64,000 nt of DNA from Oikopleura dioica (lineage: Eukaryota > Animalia > Chordata): positions 1,860,001 to 1,924,000 of the forward strand of contig OU015568.1 of NCBI GenBank assembly GCA_907165135.1, given 5' to 3'. A program made the position numbers and the translations under genes. The notes under the pieces were generated by a model. It was not told the origin of the DNA. It ran no database searches and worked only from the letters and a program-made list of their open reading frames with translations. Positions 45,201 through 57,690 of the stretch are shown here, piece after piece (the first letter of the stretch is position 1; each line of letters opens with the position of its first letter).

Positions 45201-45467
45201 TTGCATGGCGAAAACTCAGTATTCCCTGTCACATGATCCTGCACTAAAGGTATGTTGCGGGCTGACCATTTGATGCTCAGAGGATAAATTAAGGGTGCCC
45301 CTCGAGGATTCACGCTTCCTATTCGTGACATCAGGGCGGCGGTTGGCGCCGGATTCCTGTATCCTCTCGTGGGTACAATTTCCACGATGCCCGGTCTCCC
45401 GACGCGCCCGAGCTTTTACGACATCGATATTGACTGCGAAACCGAGGAAATTTATGGCCTTTTCTGA
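39288..45467 (+). CDS. MTHFD1: C1-tetrahydrofolate synthase (trifunctional DH/CH/FTHFS)
   Basis: [32 protein letters not shown] and [15 protein letters not shown], then FTHFS motifs [35 protein letters not shown] and TMPGLPTRP. No obvious mitochondrial presequence. Confidence 0.97.
40265..40825. mobile_element. Foldback MITE with TTAA target site (Kolobok-like GG..CC ends) in an MTHFD1 intron
   Basis: GGTTGGGCAAGTTATTTCACCCAC...GTGGGTGAAATAACTTGCCCAACC, ~190-bp near-identical arms, TTAA at 40261-64 and 40826-29. Confidence 0.92.
41493..43181. mobile_element. Non-autonomous hAT element in an MTHFD1 intron
   Basis: 14-bp perfect TIR CAGGGTTCTAAATC, exact 8-bp TSD ATTTCGAG, and dense subterminal GTCGA/TCGAC arrays at both ends. 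No transposase ORF seen. Confidence 0.93.
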
Positions 45468-46292
45468 ACAACTACTCACTGTCTCTTGTTTCCTTAAAAT
45501 TTGCTGGGAATACATTTCATTCTTTCAAATTCTTCCCGAATCGATCTCTTCCAATTTCACCACATTTTTCAACTTTCGTCAAAACTCGTGGTCACGAGAA
45601 GCCCCTAAGTTGGCTCTTTGCCCATCCCGAAAAGAAGCCAACTTGACCTCCAGACTCGGAGTCGGGCTTAAAGTCCACCTGCTGATCAAAACTTGGAAGA
45701 TGGCCAGAACGATGCAGTCTTCCTTTCCTCGGCCCCGGCTCGGACGTTTTAAATTGACCCCTTCGAAAACGGTGATAGCAAAAAGTACACTCTTTTAAAT
45801 GCGATAATTGGTAAGAAAAAGGTCGATTCTTATCATTAACACCTGGTTTCCTCTCCTTTTCAGAGGTGCGGGGCTACCTATTCACATGTTCTGAAAGTGC
45901 TAATCTTTTCCGCGGGATCAGAAATCCTCATCCCTTTTACACTTTTCTGCTCATTTTTGTGTCTCCTACGAAGCCCCCTGACTGAAGCAGACTGAAGCTT
46001 CTGACTGTGTTTTCAGTCAACTGTCGAAAATACGAAAACGGAATTTAAACCCGCTTCCACCTCGCAAAATACAGAAAAAAACCAAGAGGTAAGAGAAAAT
46101 TTTAAGAAATATTGATTTTTTTATTGAGAAAATGGCCGTATGGTCTCCGGGGTTAAGAATAAAGCACACATGTAGCCGGCGGTAAAATATTTATCTAAGG
46201 GTACGTCCTTAATATTTGCCTAGTTCAAAATTGAGAAAGTAAGCGAAGCTCACTATTTTCACACAAAAAATATTTTCTCCGTCAATTCACGG

Positions 46293-46543
46293 TATTTTCA
46301 ACAAACGAATCGATCGATCCATCTTTTATGTGCATATTACTTTTGAGAATATGAATCAACTGTTGAATTTTGTTTATATTTTTTTATAAAAATAGCTTTC
46401 GACTATATTTTCTGTTTGACTCAAAATGACTTGAAAATCGATCAGAAAAGATAAGCCAAAAAATTTTTATTTATCATATGATGAAATTTCATATTCTCAA
46501 TAGAAATATGCACAAAAATTAATCGATTTGTTTGTTGAAAATA
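46293..46543. repeat. Degenerate foldback (MITE relic)
   Basis: tattttcaacaaacgaatcgat...gtgcatatt...tgagaatatgaa is inverted at ~46486-46543 with mismatches. Confidence 0.7.
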
Positions 46544-47550
46544 TTCCAAAAAAATGATTTCTATGAAAAATTCCTTCTTGAAATTCCACAACATCACTTT
46601 TCCGTGTATTCCACGTGTCTCAACTTGTTCCGTTTCCTTTGATCACGAGCTCATGATTTTAGCGTGACCTTATTTACAAACTTTTTGCCTGCCTTCAGGG
46701 CTCCTTCAAAACTTCCTTTCAAAAAACAACTGCGAAATTGCTTCATGCAAAATTTGGACTCACACTCTTCCAGTCAAGAGTTCAAGGTCATGTGATGTTT
46801 TTGAGTCTCAAAAGGGGAGATTCTTCTGGTTCTCTAGAATATTCTCAATAACAAGCTCGTAAAGAGGGGATAGCTTCAGTTTGCAATTTGGCAAGTTATC
46901 TTACAAAGCAGGTATATTCCAATAAATGCCGAAAATGGAAAAACCATCGGTTTCTTTCCATAAAATCATTATCTTAGTCTAATTTTAAAGGCTTCCCATT
47001 GAATAAATTCACTAAAAAATCACATACGATCTTTATTATTAAAATTTAACCTTTTTTGCTAAAGAAATTTTTTTCTTTATTTATTTTTCTCTTAATTTTC
47101 TTAATAAGTTAGTGACCTTCAATAAAAAACGATTTTCCGCCCTTTCGAAAACCAATTTCACGCCCCAATTCCCTCCGAATTCTAGAATACGCCCTCGAAA
47201 TTGAGCCAGATAAAATTTCTCTTCGAGAAAAATTATTTCGAGTCGAAAAATCGGTTCGAAAAAGGAGCTGTGTCATTCTTCTGCTGTGCGGGTGTGGCTG
47301 TTTTTTGTCGATTCTCGAAATGGCCAATGGCTCACGCCTTCGCCTACGCTTTTTTTCTGAAGCTGCTTTTTTAGAGAGCTCGGCCCTGGCCCCACTCAAC
47401 TCACAAACGCGACGTCCAAAAAAGCGAAAAACGCGAAACAGAGGAAAAAGAAAACACCGTGAAATCCTAGAAATCCGCTGGCCGGAACAAGAAGCAGCTG
47501 TACAGTAATACTAACGAAGAGTTACTGTAGATAGAGAGAGAGATAAAAAG

Positions 47551-50500
47551 ATGGAGAACCAGCAGAAGGAAGATATCCAAGAATTATGCAAGGCTGGATG
47601 TGGATTTTTCGGCGCAAAACATCAACAAGGATATTGCTCGGTAAGAATTAGCACGAAATTTCACGCCCCGCTGCGGCAAGTTGATTTTACTTTTTATTGA
47701 TTTCGAGTTAAAATTCAATTTGAGTAGAAATCAATTTGACGTTTTCGAATGAATGAGTCATCTTTTTAATCAAGATTATTCCTGAGTCATCCTTAGAGAT
47801 TTTGACTCATCTTTTTTATCATTCATTAATTTTTAAAATAAAATATTTTCGATTTTTGAGTTGAAAAAGGCAAAATTGAAAAGCTGACTTAATAAGAGCA
47901 GGGTGGCACAATTGGATTGGAATCCAATTTGGAACCTTGTCCAATTGGAATTGGATTGGAAATTGGTTGGACAGGGGCATGAGATTTCGGGTCTTTCCAA
48001 TTGGAAAATCAAATCCAATTGGAAAATTGGAATCCAATTGTCCAATTGGATTTTTGCATTTCAGGCCCCAAAATAGCGCTTAAAACGGGGTATTTTGGGA
48101 AAAAGAAATATTTTAAGGGTTTCATAAGTCAAGGAACACTTATCATCGATCAAAAACAAGGGAAAAAATAGTGTAGGCTGGTTAAAAATATGACTTTTAC
48201 GTCTAAAAAATTGCGGTGACTTTAGCAGGAATGGCTTCGGATCCTATATTATCCGCTTGTTTTCCTCATAAAGCGGATTTTCGAGTCGGAAACGGGATGG
48301 CGAGGGGGAATTGGATGTCCAATTGGTCAAAAAGGGGTTCGATTTGACCGCAATTCCAATTAGAAGCCTATTTTCCAATTGGAAATTGACTTTCCAATTG
48401 GAATTGGAATTGGATTGGGAATTGGTTGGATTGGACAAAAGGCGATTGGATTGGATTGGCAGTTGGTTGGATTGACCAAAAATTTTTTTCCAATTGTGCC
48501 ACCCTGATAAGAGATGACTAATTGAAATTAAAGGAGAACAAGGAAAATGATTTGGCTCGAGTATAGTAAATTTATCGCCTTTTTTCAATTACGTCATCAT
48601 TGCGTAAAAGCCGAAATACCAGTCATATTCTCGTGTATTCACGAAAACTCAATATTGATATTTTTTGTGAGAAATATCTTTCCGCTCGGGCGATTTATCG
48701 CCTGTTTTTGCCGCTGAAAATATTTTATCACGCCTTTTTTTAGTTTATTCTCTTTCTTATCGCTATTTTAAATAGCCTATTTATAAATAAATTTATCGAT
48801 AAATAAAGATTTTTATTCATTTTCAAAATAATAACATTATTTGTTATTGATTTTTTGGTCATGTGACTGATGATTCATCCGTGATGAGTCATTGTGTCAC
48901 TTAGTTATTTTGAAATTGAGTTAACCGCGGGAAATACCGGTTTTCGCGGATTTTTTTTGGTTTTTCGAGTAATTCTTCAAAGGATTCTTGCGAAAGTTTC
49001 TAGAACATCCGTTATTTACGGCTTTCAAAATTTTAAATTCGTCAGTTCGTTTTTTTGAGATTTTCAAAAGCACAAAAGTCTTGATTCCCGAAATCGTAAT
49101 TTCCGTAATTGCTTTTTATGATTATTTTATTTTGCTAATGTCTCCTTGTTTCAGGTTTGCTTCAAGGAAAAGCAATCACGTGATACCAATTCGGCCCCAG
49201 CACCTGCATCAACTGTTGTCCCAAGCGAAGAGAAAAAACCTGAAATGCCCAGCCCATCATGTAAGTCTTTCTTTTTCAGACTGAAATTTTTTTCCATAAA
49301 ACTCGAATTCAAAACCGCGATTTTCTTCATTTTGCTAGAAAATTTTATTATTCTTTGAAATTTTTATAATAACGAAAGAAACCCATCCACTGACCGTGGT
49401 TCAGCGCGGTTCAATAAACTTTAACAAAAGAACCGCGGTGAACCACGGTTAGTGCTAGAGTTTATTTCGGTTCCCCTCATTTATCGCCTCGTAACACCCT
49501 CATTTCAAAATGAATCAAATTGACAAATGCTTCATTGGATTCTATTTCTTTGAATTTTTCCGAAAAGACAAGTCGTCTTTTCCACGGCGAGTGTCTAAAA
49601 CCTCAGATTATGTCTGATTCGAAAGACGGGTCTCAATAAAAATCCCGTCTGAATTCAATAATCGCGTGAAAAATAAAATAATACCTCGTGTACGGCCCCT
49701 ACGAGAAGATACAGTACCTATACTTCCTATTCACTCTCACTCCCCCGAGGGCAAACTCGATTTCCCTAGCGACGCTTGTGAGTCATCTTTTTTCACCACT
49801 TTCTCATGCATATTCTCAAAAAGCCCAACATTCATTCAGCAAACGGTAGAAAACGAAAACATGAGGAGACTAACAAGAGCTCGGAACAAGAGGGTAAAGA
49901 CTCATTATCAAAATCCCTTTATCACAAATCCAGTTATCATTTTCTTTATCAGTTACTCTATTTTATCACTGCCATGTGTATTCCTCTAAAAAAGAGTCGA
50001 AGATAATGAGGTTCAGGAACCTGTGTAGAAAACCTGAGTCAAGATTTTAAAAAATAGAAAGAGATCATGATTTCGGCGAAGCTTTTCATACAAGCTCTTT
50101 CAAATCCTGACTCAGGTTTTCGACACAGGTTGTCAAGCCAAGAGCTAGGCTAGTGAAACCCCTTTTTTAAAACGAAAGCTTAAGATATTTGGATGCTTTT
50201 CTGGCTTCGATTATTTTGAAAATATACAGAACAACCTGCGTGAAAACAAATATTCCCTTTTTCCAAAGTCCAAAAAGTGACCCAAAGTTTTGCGCTTGGG
50301 CTTTGTGCCAGTTTTTGTTTTCAACCCCGTGAGCATCGATCAATAAATGAAACAGAGCAACCCTCCTTTTTTAGTCATCCTCATCATGTGACACATGCTG
50401 AGCCCTTTATTGTCTCGATCCATAATGAGCATGAAACATGCTGAAAACTGGCAAGCCTTCAATGCTGTTTTCCGACTTTGATGCATTGAACCTATAGATA

Positions 50501-51250
50501 AAAGGTTCTCTAGGGTCAGGAGTTTTAATCGATAGAATTTGAAGCAACTCTTGTTGATGGATGGTCTAAAAGACCGAGGATCCACGCTTCTTTTTCCAAT
50601 AGATTAGGTCGTAGCTAATGATCAATAAAGTTATCTATAAGACGTAGATGCTATTTTTGGGCATTTTGTTCCCAAAGCAAAAAGAAGGAAGATTTTTTTT
50701 CTGAAATCTTCCATTTTGTCTGCAAGGTTATTAAAATCTCGTTCAGCCACCCGTCTACCTTCAACCGATTCGGAGAGCCAGAAGAAAGTCACCGACTCCA
50801 TGGCGGACATGAACGTCAACCCATCTACCTCATTGCCCATCCCATCAGCCAGCCCAGTCAAGGTCGAGGACGAAGCCTCGACTCCCGAATCATCCAGCGC
50901 TGAACCAAAATCGCCCAGCGTCGTCGCCGAAGACTCCCCCGCTGCTCCACCAGCGAAGAAAGCAAAGAAGCGATGCGGCGTTTGCAAAAAGAAGCTCGGC
51001 CTTACTGGTAAATCCTCCTGCTTATCAGCTTGAATCCTTACTGAACCTTTCTTTCTAGGCTTCGAGTGTAGATGCGGCTTGTTATTCTGTGGCGTTCACA
51101 GATATTCCGACAAGCATGATTGTTCATTCGACTACAAGGTAAATCCCAAATAAAATTATAATGTTTTGACCCCTTTTTTAGGAAAATGGAAGAGCTGAAT
51201 TGGCCAAAGCCAACCAGGCGTGCGTCGCCGAGAAAATCAACAAGTTGTAA
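47551..51250 (+). CDS. ZFAND5/6: A20/AN1 zinc-finger protein
   Basis: A20 finger [10 protein letters not shown]...YCS/VCFK and AN1 finger [41 protein letters not shown] introns. Confidence 0.93.
47899..48506. mobile_element. CAGGG-ended (hAT-like) MITE with CCAATTGG arrays in ZFAND intron 1
   Basis: 18-bp perfect TIR CAGGGTGGCACAATTGGA, flanking direct repeat ATAAGAG (7 bp), and subterminal ccaattgg/attgga arrays. Confidence 0.88.
49388..49454. repeat. 67-bp intronic hairpin
   Basis: 25-bp arms CACTGACCGTGGTTCAGCGCGGTTC with two mismatches. Confidence 0.8.
50018..50131. repeat. 114-bp intronic hairpin with an AP-1 site in each arm
   Basis: 30-bp arms AACCTGTGT(A/C)GAAAACCTGAGTCA(A/G)GATTT with two mismatches. 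Confidence 0.8.
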
Positions 51251-52853
51251 AATCCCAGCACTGTGTTTATATTCACCTCTTCTCCTTATATCTGGATATA
51301 TTTATGGAAGGTAAATCATTCTCAATGCTCCCATCTATATTTGTCCGGGCTGCTCAACGCATCCTGCTCAAACATGCAGCAACTAAGCCTAACATTTGCT
51401 TTTTAGTGATTTCGACCACGTGATGGCGCAACCTCCCATTGTTCATTATTCCTCAAAGTCTTCACTGGACCAATTGCTTTTTCAGTTTCCGTTTATTTTC
51501 TGATTGGATTATTATAGGATCCGCCACGGTTTCTTCATAATCAACTTCATTATATTTACTAGTCTTGCTATCTGTATCTCATCATTTTCAGTTGAACGCG
51601 GTTTTAGGGTCATTTTTTTGGGAACACACCCCTATTGTTGTAAATCCCGTTGCGAAGGAGAGGAGAATGATCATTTTTGCATATTCATTTTATTTGAGAA
51701 AAACTGAATCCGACAGTAAACTGCTTGTTTATTCACTCGTTCAGTATTTACAAGATACAATCACCAGAATTTCTAACAGATTTTGGAGTGGTTATGTCTT
51801 GCAAACATTGGATTAATCACTAAACAAGTAACTCACTATCTGGTTCAGTTTTGTCGAATAAAATGGCTAGGTAAAGGATGATCATTAACCCCTCTTTTGC
51901 CACGTGATTTGAAACCATAAGGGTGTAGGCCTTCTTTCTGGCCCTGAGTACCGTGAGTCAGTGGCTCTGATACATAAACTAGCATTTTGCTGCTTTGTAT
52001 AATTTGAACTAGGATTCGGTGTGATAGAAACTAACCTCAACCTCTCCGGCCAAGTTCCCCCCATCGAGCTCTATCGTTCCTTATTTTCTTTTTTTTCTTA
52101 TTTTATTCTACTCGAAAAACATGCGACTTGAGTAACTTGTCAGTCTTCAAATAGCCGAAAACTTTCGCAAAAAAATCGTGACAAATTTCAACTCAATTCA
52201 ATTTCCGGAGCTTTTATTTCTCATAGAACGCTTCTTCTTCAATCTACGATACTTACAGACTGATACAGTAATACTCAAGCCGCATTTTTTTTCAAAAAAA
52301 ACCTCACGTTCAAGTTCTACACCAGTTAATTATAATTGACAAAATAACATCAACCAAAAAGGCAAAAATTAAAACCAAACATCTCTTGTGTAAATCGCTA
52401 CTCTTCATAACTCCAGTTTCACTTTTGAGGCGTGCTATGAAACTAGCTGATTCCACCCTACTTTCACACAACATCAAAATAATTACTCTTACTTCGGGAA
52501 ACAAGATTTTCAGTCCTGTCCCTGCGCCCGCTCATGGCTGCCCTGTGCGCCGCGACGGGTTAAAAGGACGTCAAGGCTAATGTTCGTTGAATACAACCTA
52601 TTTAAACTTGTCAAACTTTTATCCAACAAATAAATATAAATAGATTCACAAACACAACGTCTCGGTTTCTTCTTTCTTCCATAAAAAATCGGAAATATTG
52701 TTCAAGGAGCATGAAAATTCTGCAGGTAATTGGCATCATTTTGACCGAGTTTATTGAAAATCTCTAGAAAGTAAAATGTAGAAGTTTGTTTCAAAAGCAT
52801 TTATCGCTGGTTTTTCGTGATCCGTATTCTAACTGCCAGGAAGAAGAAAACTT

Positions 52854-54791
52854 ATGGCCTCGTCGTTCGAGGTGTTTTGTCATAAGTCCTCCTTGTTTTC
52901 GTCTAGCTTCAATAGCTTTAAAAAGTATCGAGAAGAGTCGAAAGCAATTGACGTTGTCATCAAAACTGGCCCTCTTCGATATAAGGCCCATGCAATCATT
53001 CTTAGCTCGACATTCCCATATTTTGAGACACAGTTGATGTCATCATGGCTAAAGGGAGCTGAAATCAATCTTGAGATTCCCGGAGTCGACTCAGGGACTA
53101 TTATTACAGGTAATGATTCAGTTCGTTTTTTGGAAGAATTATTCGATCAATTAGTGATTGAGTATGCTTACACTGGCGAGATCAAGCTTTCAAACGAGAC
53201 CGTACAATCCGTTCTCGTCGCTGCACAATATCTTGGATGTGAACAAGTCATCACAGCGTGTTTCGATTTCATGGAGTGCAATTTGGGTTCGGAAAATGTT
53301 CTCGATGTCTTGCAACTTGCAGAGCAGATCTCCCACCCCGATTTGGCGCTTCGAGCTCGGCAGTACATTGATCGCTACTTTTGCGATTTCTATAGACTAC
53401 CTGAATGGAAAAAAGCGCGGGCTGCACAAGGTAAAGTCAGGGTTCATAACTAAGTTAACTGATTTTCGCAGTAACGATCATTCTTGCCTCACAAACGCTG
53501 CTTGTCGATAAGGAAGCAACAGTCTGGTCAGCGCTAAAAATCTGGCTGATGGCGAATCCATCCTGCGAGGCAAAACTCATTCACGAAATGCTCAGCCAAG
53601 TTCGTCTGCACCTGCTTTCTCCACAATGTCTTCGCGATGATGTCCTAACCGTCGATTTGATTTCAAGCAACGCCCAATGCCGAGCGTTGATAGATAGTGC
53701 TCTGAACCCACATGCTAAACCAAGCCGTAAAAGAAAAATTTCTGAGGACAGAATGGTAAAAATATGCAACGAAAGTGAACGACAAGACTTAAGATGGTGC
53801 TCACACTTGGAGAATGACATTTATATTCTTACTACATATGCCGATGCTCTCGACTCTAATTTCGACATGGGTGCCTATAATCAGTGGAAACATCTTGTTG
53901 TAAAGTTTGACCCGAATTCAAAGGTGGGCTTGACTTTTTTTTGAAATAATTGATAAAATCATTTATAAGAAATGCGAATCCATGGCGCCTATGGAGAGTT
54001 ATCGCCAAAATTATGGAGTGGCTGTCTTGGATGGAATGATCTACGCACTAGGTGGACAGGACTCGAAGGAAGTTGAACGATTCGACCCTAAAACGAACGA
54101 ATGGGAATTCGTTGCGAGTATGCTTTGCAATCGTTGGTACCCGGCATGCTCAGTTATGAACGGCCGTATATATGTGTTTGGTGGAACTCTCAAAGACGAA
54201 TCCTCCCTCAACGAATCTTACGACCCAGAAAATAACTCCTGGGAAGAAGTGCCCGCTATGCAAGTATCTCGAACCGCTGCAGCAGGAACTTGCTTTGAAG
54301 GTAAAATCTATATTACTGGCGGAATCCACTACAGCAGTCAACCTGAAGAAGTGCTTGATTCCATGGAAGTATTTGACGGAAAGGAATGGACGACAGGCCC
54401 GCCAATGCTGAGTGTTCGATCTGATCATGGAAGCCTGATCTATCATAGAAAGCTCTGGATTATCGGCGGTGATATTGGCCCCGCTAAGATCCCAGATTGT
54501 GAGCAGTTTGATTTTGCCTCTCAGCAATGGACACGCGTTCAGGTTTTAGGGCATTACCAAAAGCGATCTAAAATTTTTAAGTTTTTGAATTTTGAACGAT
54601 CCTGCCTCGGGGTTGCTCTGTCGGCAAACCGAATATTTGCATTCGATGGGGATAATGGACGAGGCGACTCGTTCGAAATTTATGATCCCAAAAACGGCTG
54701 GTCTTCCTCAAATTATACGAACCAGAGGCCACAAGGAATACAAGTTCAAGTTGCTGCTATTCCAAAGAATTGCGCTTCCCTACGATTCTAA
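52854..54791 (+). CDS. BTB-BACK-Kelch (KLHL-like) paralog 1, apparently intact
   Basis: BTB (AHAIILSSTFPYFETQL, IEYAYTGEI), BACK (ENVLDVLQLAE, QVRLHLL) and Kelch repeats (GMIYALGG..VERFDP..W, IYVFGG, IYITGG, LWIIGG). Confidence 0.9.
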
Positions 54792-55052
54792 GAAATCTCT
54801 GGTGCGCGGCCTTATTGCTACCTTTTTTCTGCCTTCATCGAAACATCCATTTTTTATTAAAAATAAAGTATTTTTGCAGTATTTTATAAACTTTATGCTT
54901 TGATTCTTTTACAAAAAAAAATCAGAAATTGGCATCATTTTGACCGACTTTATTGAAAATCTCTAGACAATAAAATGTAGAAGTTTGTTTCAAAAGCATT
55001 TATCGCTGGTTTTTCGTGATCGACATTCTAACTGCCAGAAAGAAGAAAACTT

Positions 55053-57429
55053 ATGGCTTCGTCGTTCGAGGTGTATTGTCATAAGTCCTCCTTGTTTTCG
55101 TCTAGCTTCAATCGCTTTGCCAAGTTCCGAGAAGAGTCGAAAGCAATCGACGTTGTCATCAAATCTGGCCCGCTTGTATTTGAGGCCCATCAAATCGTCC
55201 TAGTCTCGGCTATTTCTTATTTTGAGACACAACTTATGTCATCATGGAAAAAGGGAGATGAAATCCTATTAGAAATTCCAGGAGTTGATCCAGCGATCAT
55301 CATATCAGGTATTTTTGCAATTTATTTTTTCTTACAGTAATTCGACTAGTAAGTGATTGAGTGGGCTTACACTGCCGAGATCAAGCTTTCAAACAAGACC
55401 GTACAATCCGTTCTCGTCGCTGCGCAATATCTAGGATGTGAACAAGTCATCAAAGCTTGTTTCGATTTCATGGAGCGCCACTTGAGTACGGAAAATGTCC
55501 TCGATGTCTTGCAATTTGCAGAGCAAATCTTATGCCCCGATCTGGCACTTCGAGCTCGCAATTATATTGATCGCTATTTTTGCGATTTTTTTCGACTACC
55601 TGTATGGAAAAATGCGCCCGCCGAACAAGGTTCAGTCATAGTTCTAAACTAAGCTTTATTTATCTTCGAAGTAATGAGCATTCTTGAAAAAAGCGCTTGG
55701 AAGCGAGTTTTTCTCTTCACGAATGATTCGTGACGAATCCACTTTGCTAGCGTCAAGTGTTCGCTTCCGCCACCAAAAGACGCCAAGCTCACCATCGAAA
55801 AGACCGACCACACTGAGAAAGTGATTTTGGTGCTCGACTTGGTCAGCAACAACCTCTTTACGCTCACTTTCGCTACTCTTATCGCATTCGTCTTTCTCTT
55901 TTACAAAAGATATTTCTTCGCGAGAACTGTAAACGAATTTTAAATTAGAAACATGGACAAAAAAAAAAGAAGACGTTCAATAGAGCGGATTTTGGATCGC
56001 GGGAACAGCACGCGCAACTATTCCCGTCTGCTGGGGCCAATGCCGTTAATATTAAGGAGCCCAACGGCAACGAAACACAGCAGGTACCTCAACATCTTCT
56101 TAATTCATTCAAACAGTAGGTCAGAACCTTAGCTACATTTTGAATACTTTGAGAAAATTCCCTTCAAAGTTACTTAACGTTTTGCTCCCCATTGATTTTC
56201 CAAATGCAGTCATCAACAAGTAGCCAAGCAAGTGTGTCTGCTTTGCTTTTAGCAACAAGCAATATGCAAAACAATCCGATTTCCAAATCAGCTTTCATTA
56301 AAATTCCATAAGAAAAATATGTATAATGAATATATCAATAATTTGTTTAGAAGCAGCGCACAAGAAGGCATCGAAGAGGATCAAAACGACGAGCCCGACT
56401 CTTAGAAAAACGACGGGAGCAACGGGTAAGTTCATTTCCTTTTCACACGATTGCATAAGATTCACTTTTGCATAATTTATACATTTATGCATCCGCTAAA
56501 CTTTAGAGTCTAAAGATTATTTAATTTTAGGCAACAGTCTATGATAATGGAAACGTTGTTTACAAGCCCGGCGATCGAGTTTATGCAAAGTGGGGAGACA
56601 CCTGGTGGAAAGCGAAAATCCTCAGTATTAGTCTGCACGTAAGCACGCCTCCCATGCTAGTGGAGTAAAACGCCTTCGCGAGCAGATCGAAGCCAAGAAC
56701 ACCCAAGAAGAGTCACTTAGGGCAAAGAACAATGAAGCGCACGCCGAGTCCAACCGAATCAAATCCAAATACGCAACAGAAGAACTGCAACAAGAAACGG
56801 AGAAAAAAGCCGAGGATAAAGAAAAACTCGAGCAGCAAACTCAACCTGGTATGGAAACAGCCGACGTTCAAACTCTTTAAAAAACTTATTTTAGAATTCG
56901 CTGGCCAGCGAACTTGTGACAACTTCGACTGTACTCTGACAGGCTAAATCTGGCTAATGGCGAACCCGTCCTGCGAGCCCTGAAATGGCTTGATTCCATG
57001 GAGATTTTTGACGGAAAGGAATGGACGAGAGCCCCGCAAATGCTGAGTGTCCGATCTGATCATGGAAGCTTGGTATATCATAGAAAGCTCTGGGTTATTG
57101 GCGGTGAAAACCGTCAGGGTAAGATCCGAGATTGTGAGCAGTTTGATTTTGCCTCTCAACAATGGACACGCGTTGAGGTAGGAAGCTATCGGCTATGCCG
57201 ATCCAATTTTTATTTTCAGTTTTTGTACTTTAAACGATCTTAGCTCGGCGTTGCTCTGTCGGCAAACCGAATATTTGCATTCGAAGGGGTTAATGGAGAA
57301 GGCGACTCGTTCGAAGTTTATGATCCCGAAAACGGCTGGCTCTCCTCAAATTATACGAACCAAAGGCCACCAGGAATGAGTGTTAAAGCTGCTGCTATTC
57401 CGAAGAATTGCGCTTCCCTACAATTCTAA
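55053..57429 (+). pseudogene. KLHL-like paralog 2, interrupted and partly deleted
   Basis: BTB and the start of BACK run to ~55686, then unrelated sequence. A short BACK relic at 56944 jumps to the last Kelch repeats at ~56981. In-frame TAG at 57241. Confidence 0.8.
56353..56946 (+). other. Foreign spliceable exons (Tudor-like motif and coiled coil) inside KLHL paralog 2
   Basis: Exon 56531-56638 encodes YKPGDRVYAKWGDTWWKAKIL. A following segment encodes RLREQIEAKNTQEE...KLEQQ. Both have GT/AG boundaries. Confidence 0.5.
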
Positions 57430-57690
57430 GAAATCACTGATGTGCGATCTTATTTCTACGTTTTTTTCTGCCTTCATTGATACATCCATTTTTTATTGAA
57501 AATAAAGTATTTTTGCAGTATTTTATACACGAAATGCTTTGCTTCTTTTAAAGAAATACTCGAAAATTGACATCATTTTGACCGACTTTATTGAAAATCT
57601 CTAGACACTAAAATGTAGAAGTTTGTTTCAAAAGCATTTAGTGCCGATTTTTCGTTATCCAGATTCCTGCTGCCAGAAAGAAGAAAACGT

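Larger units (their letters stand above)
47754..50114. promoter_or_regulatory. Cluster of seven perfect AP-1 heptamers (TGASTCA) in ZFAND introns
   Basis: Sites start at 47754, 47783, 47803, 48885, 49779, 50035 and 50108. Confidence 0.55.

Noticed and set aside
45570-46090. GC-richer coding-like patches downstream of MTHFD1
   Set aside because: Several frames are open but none forms a consistent gene model; left unannotated.
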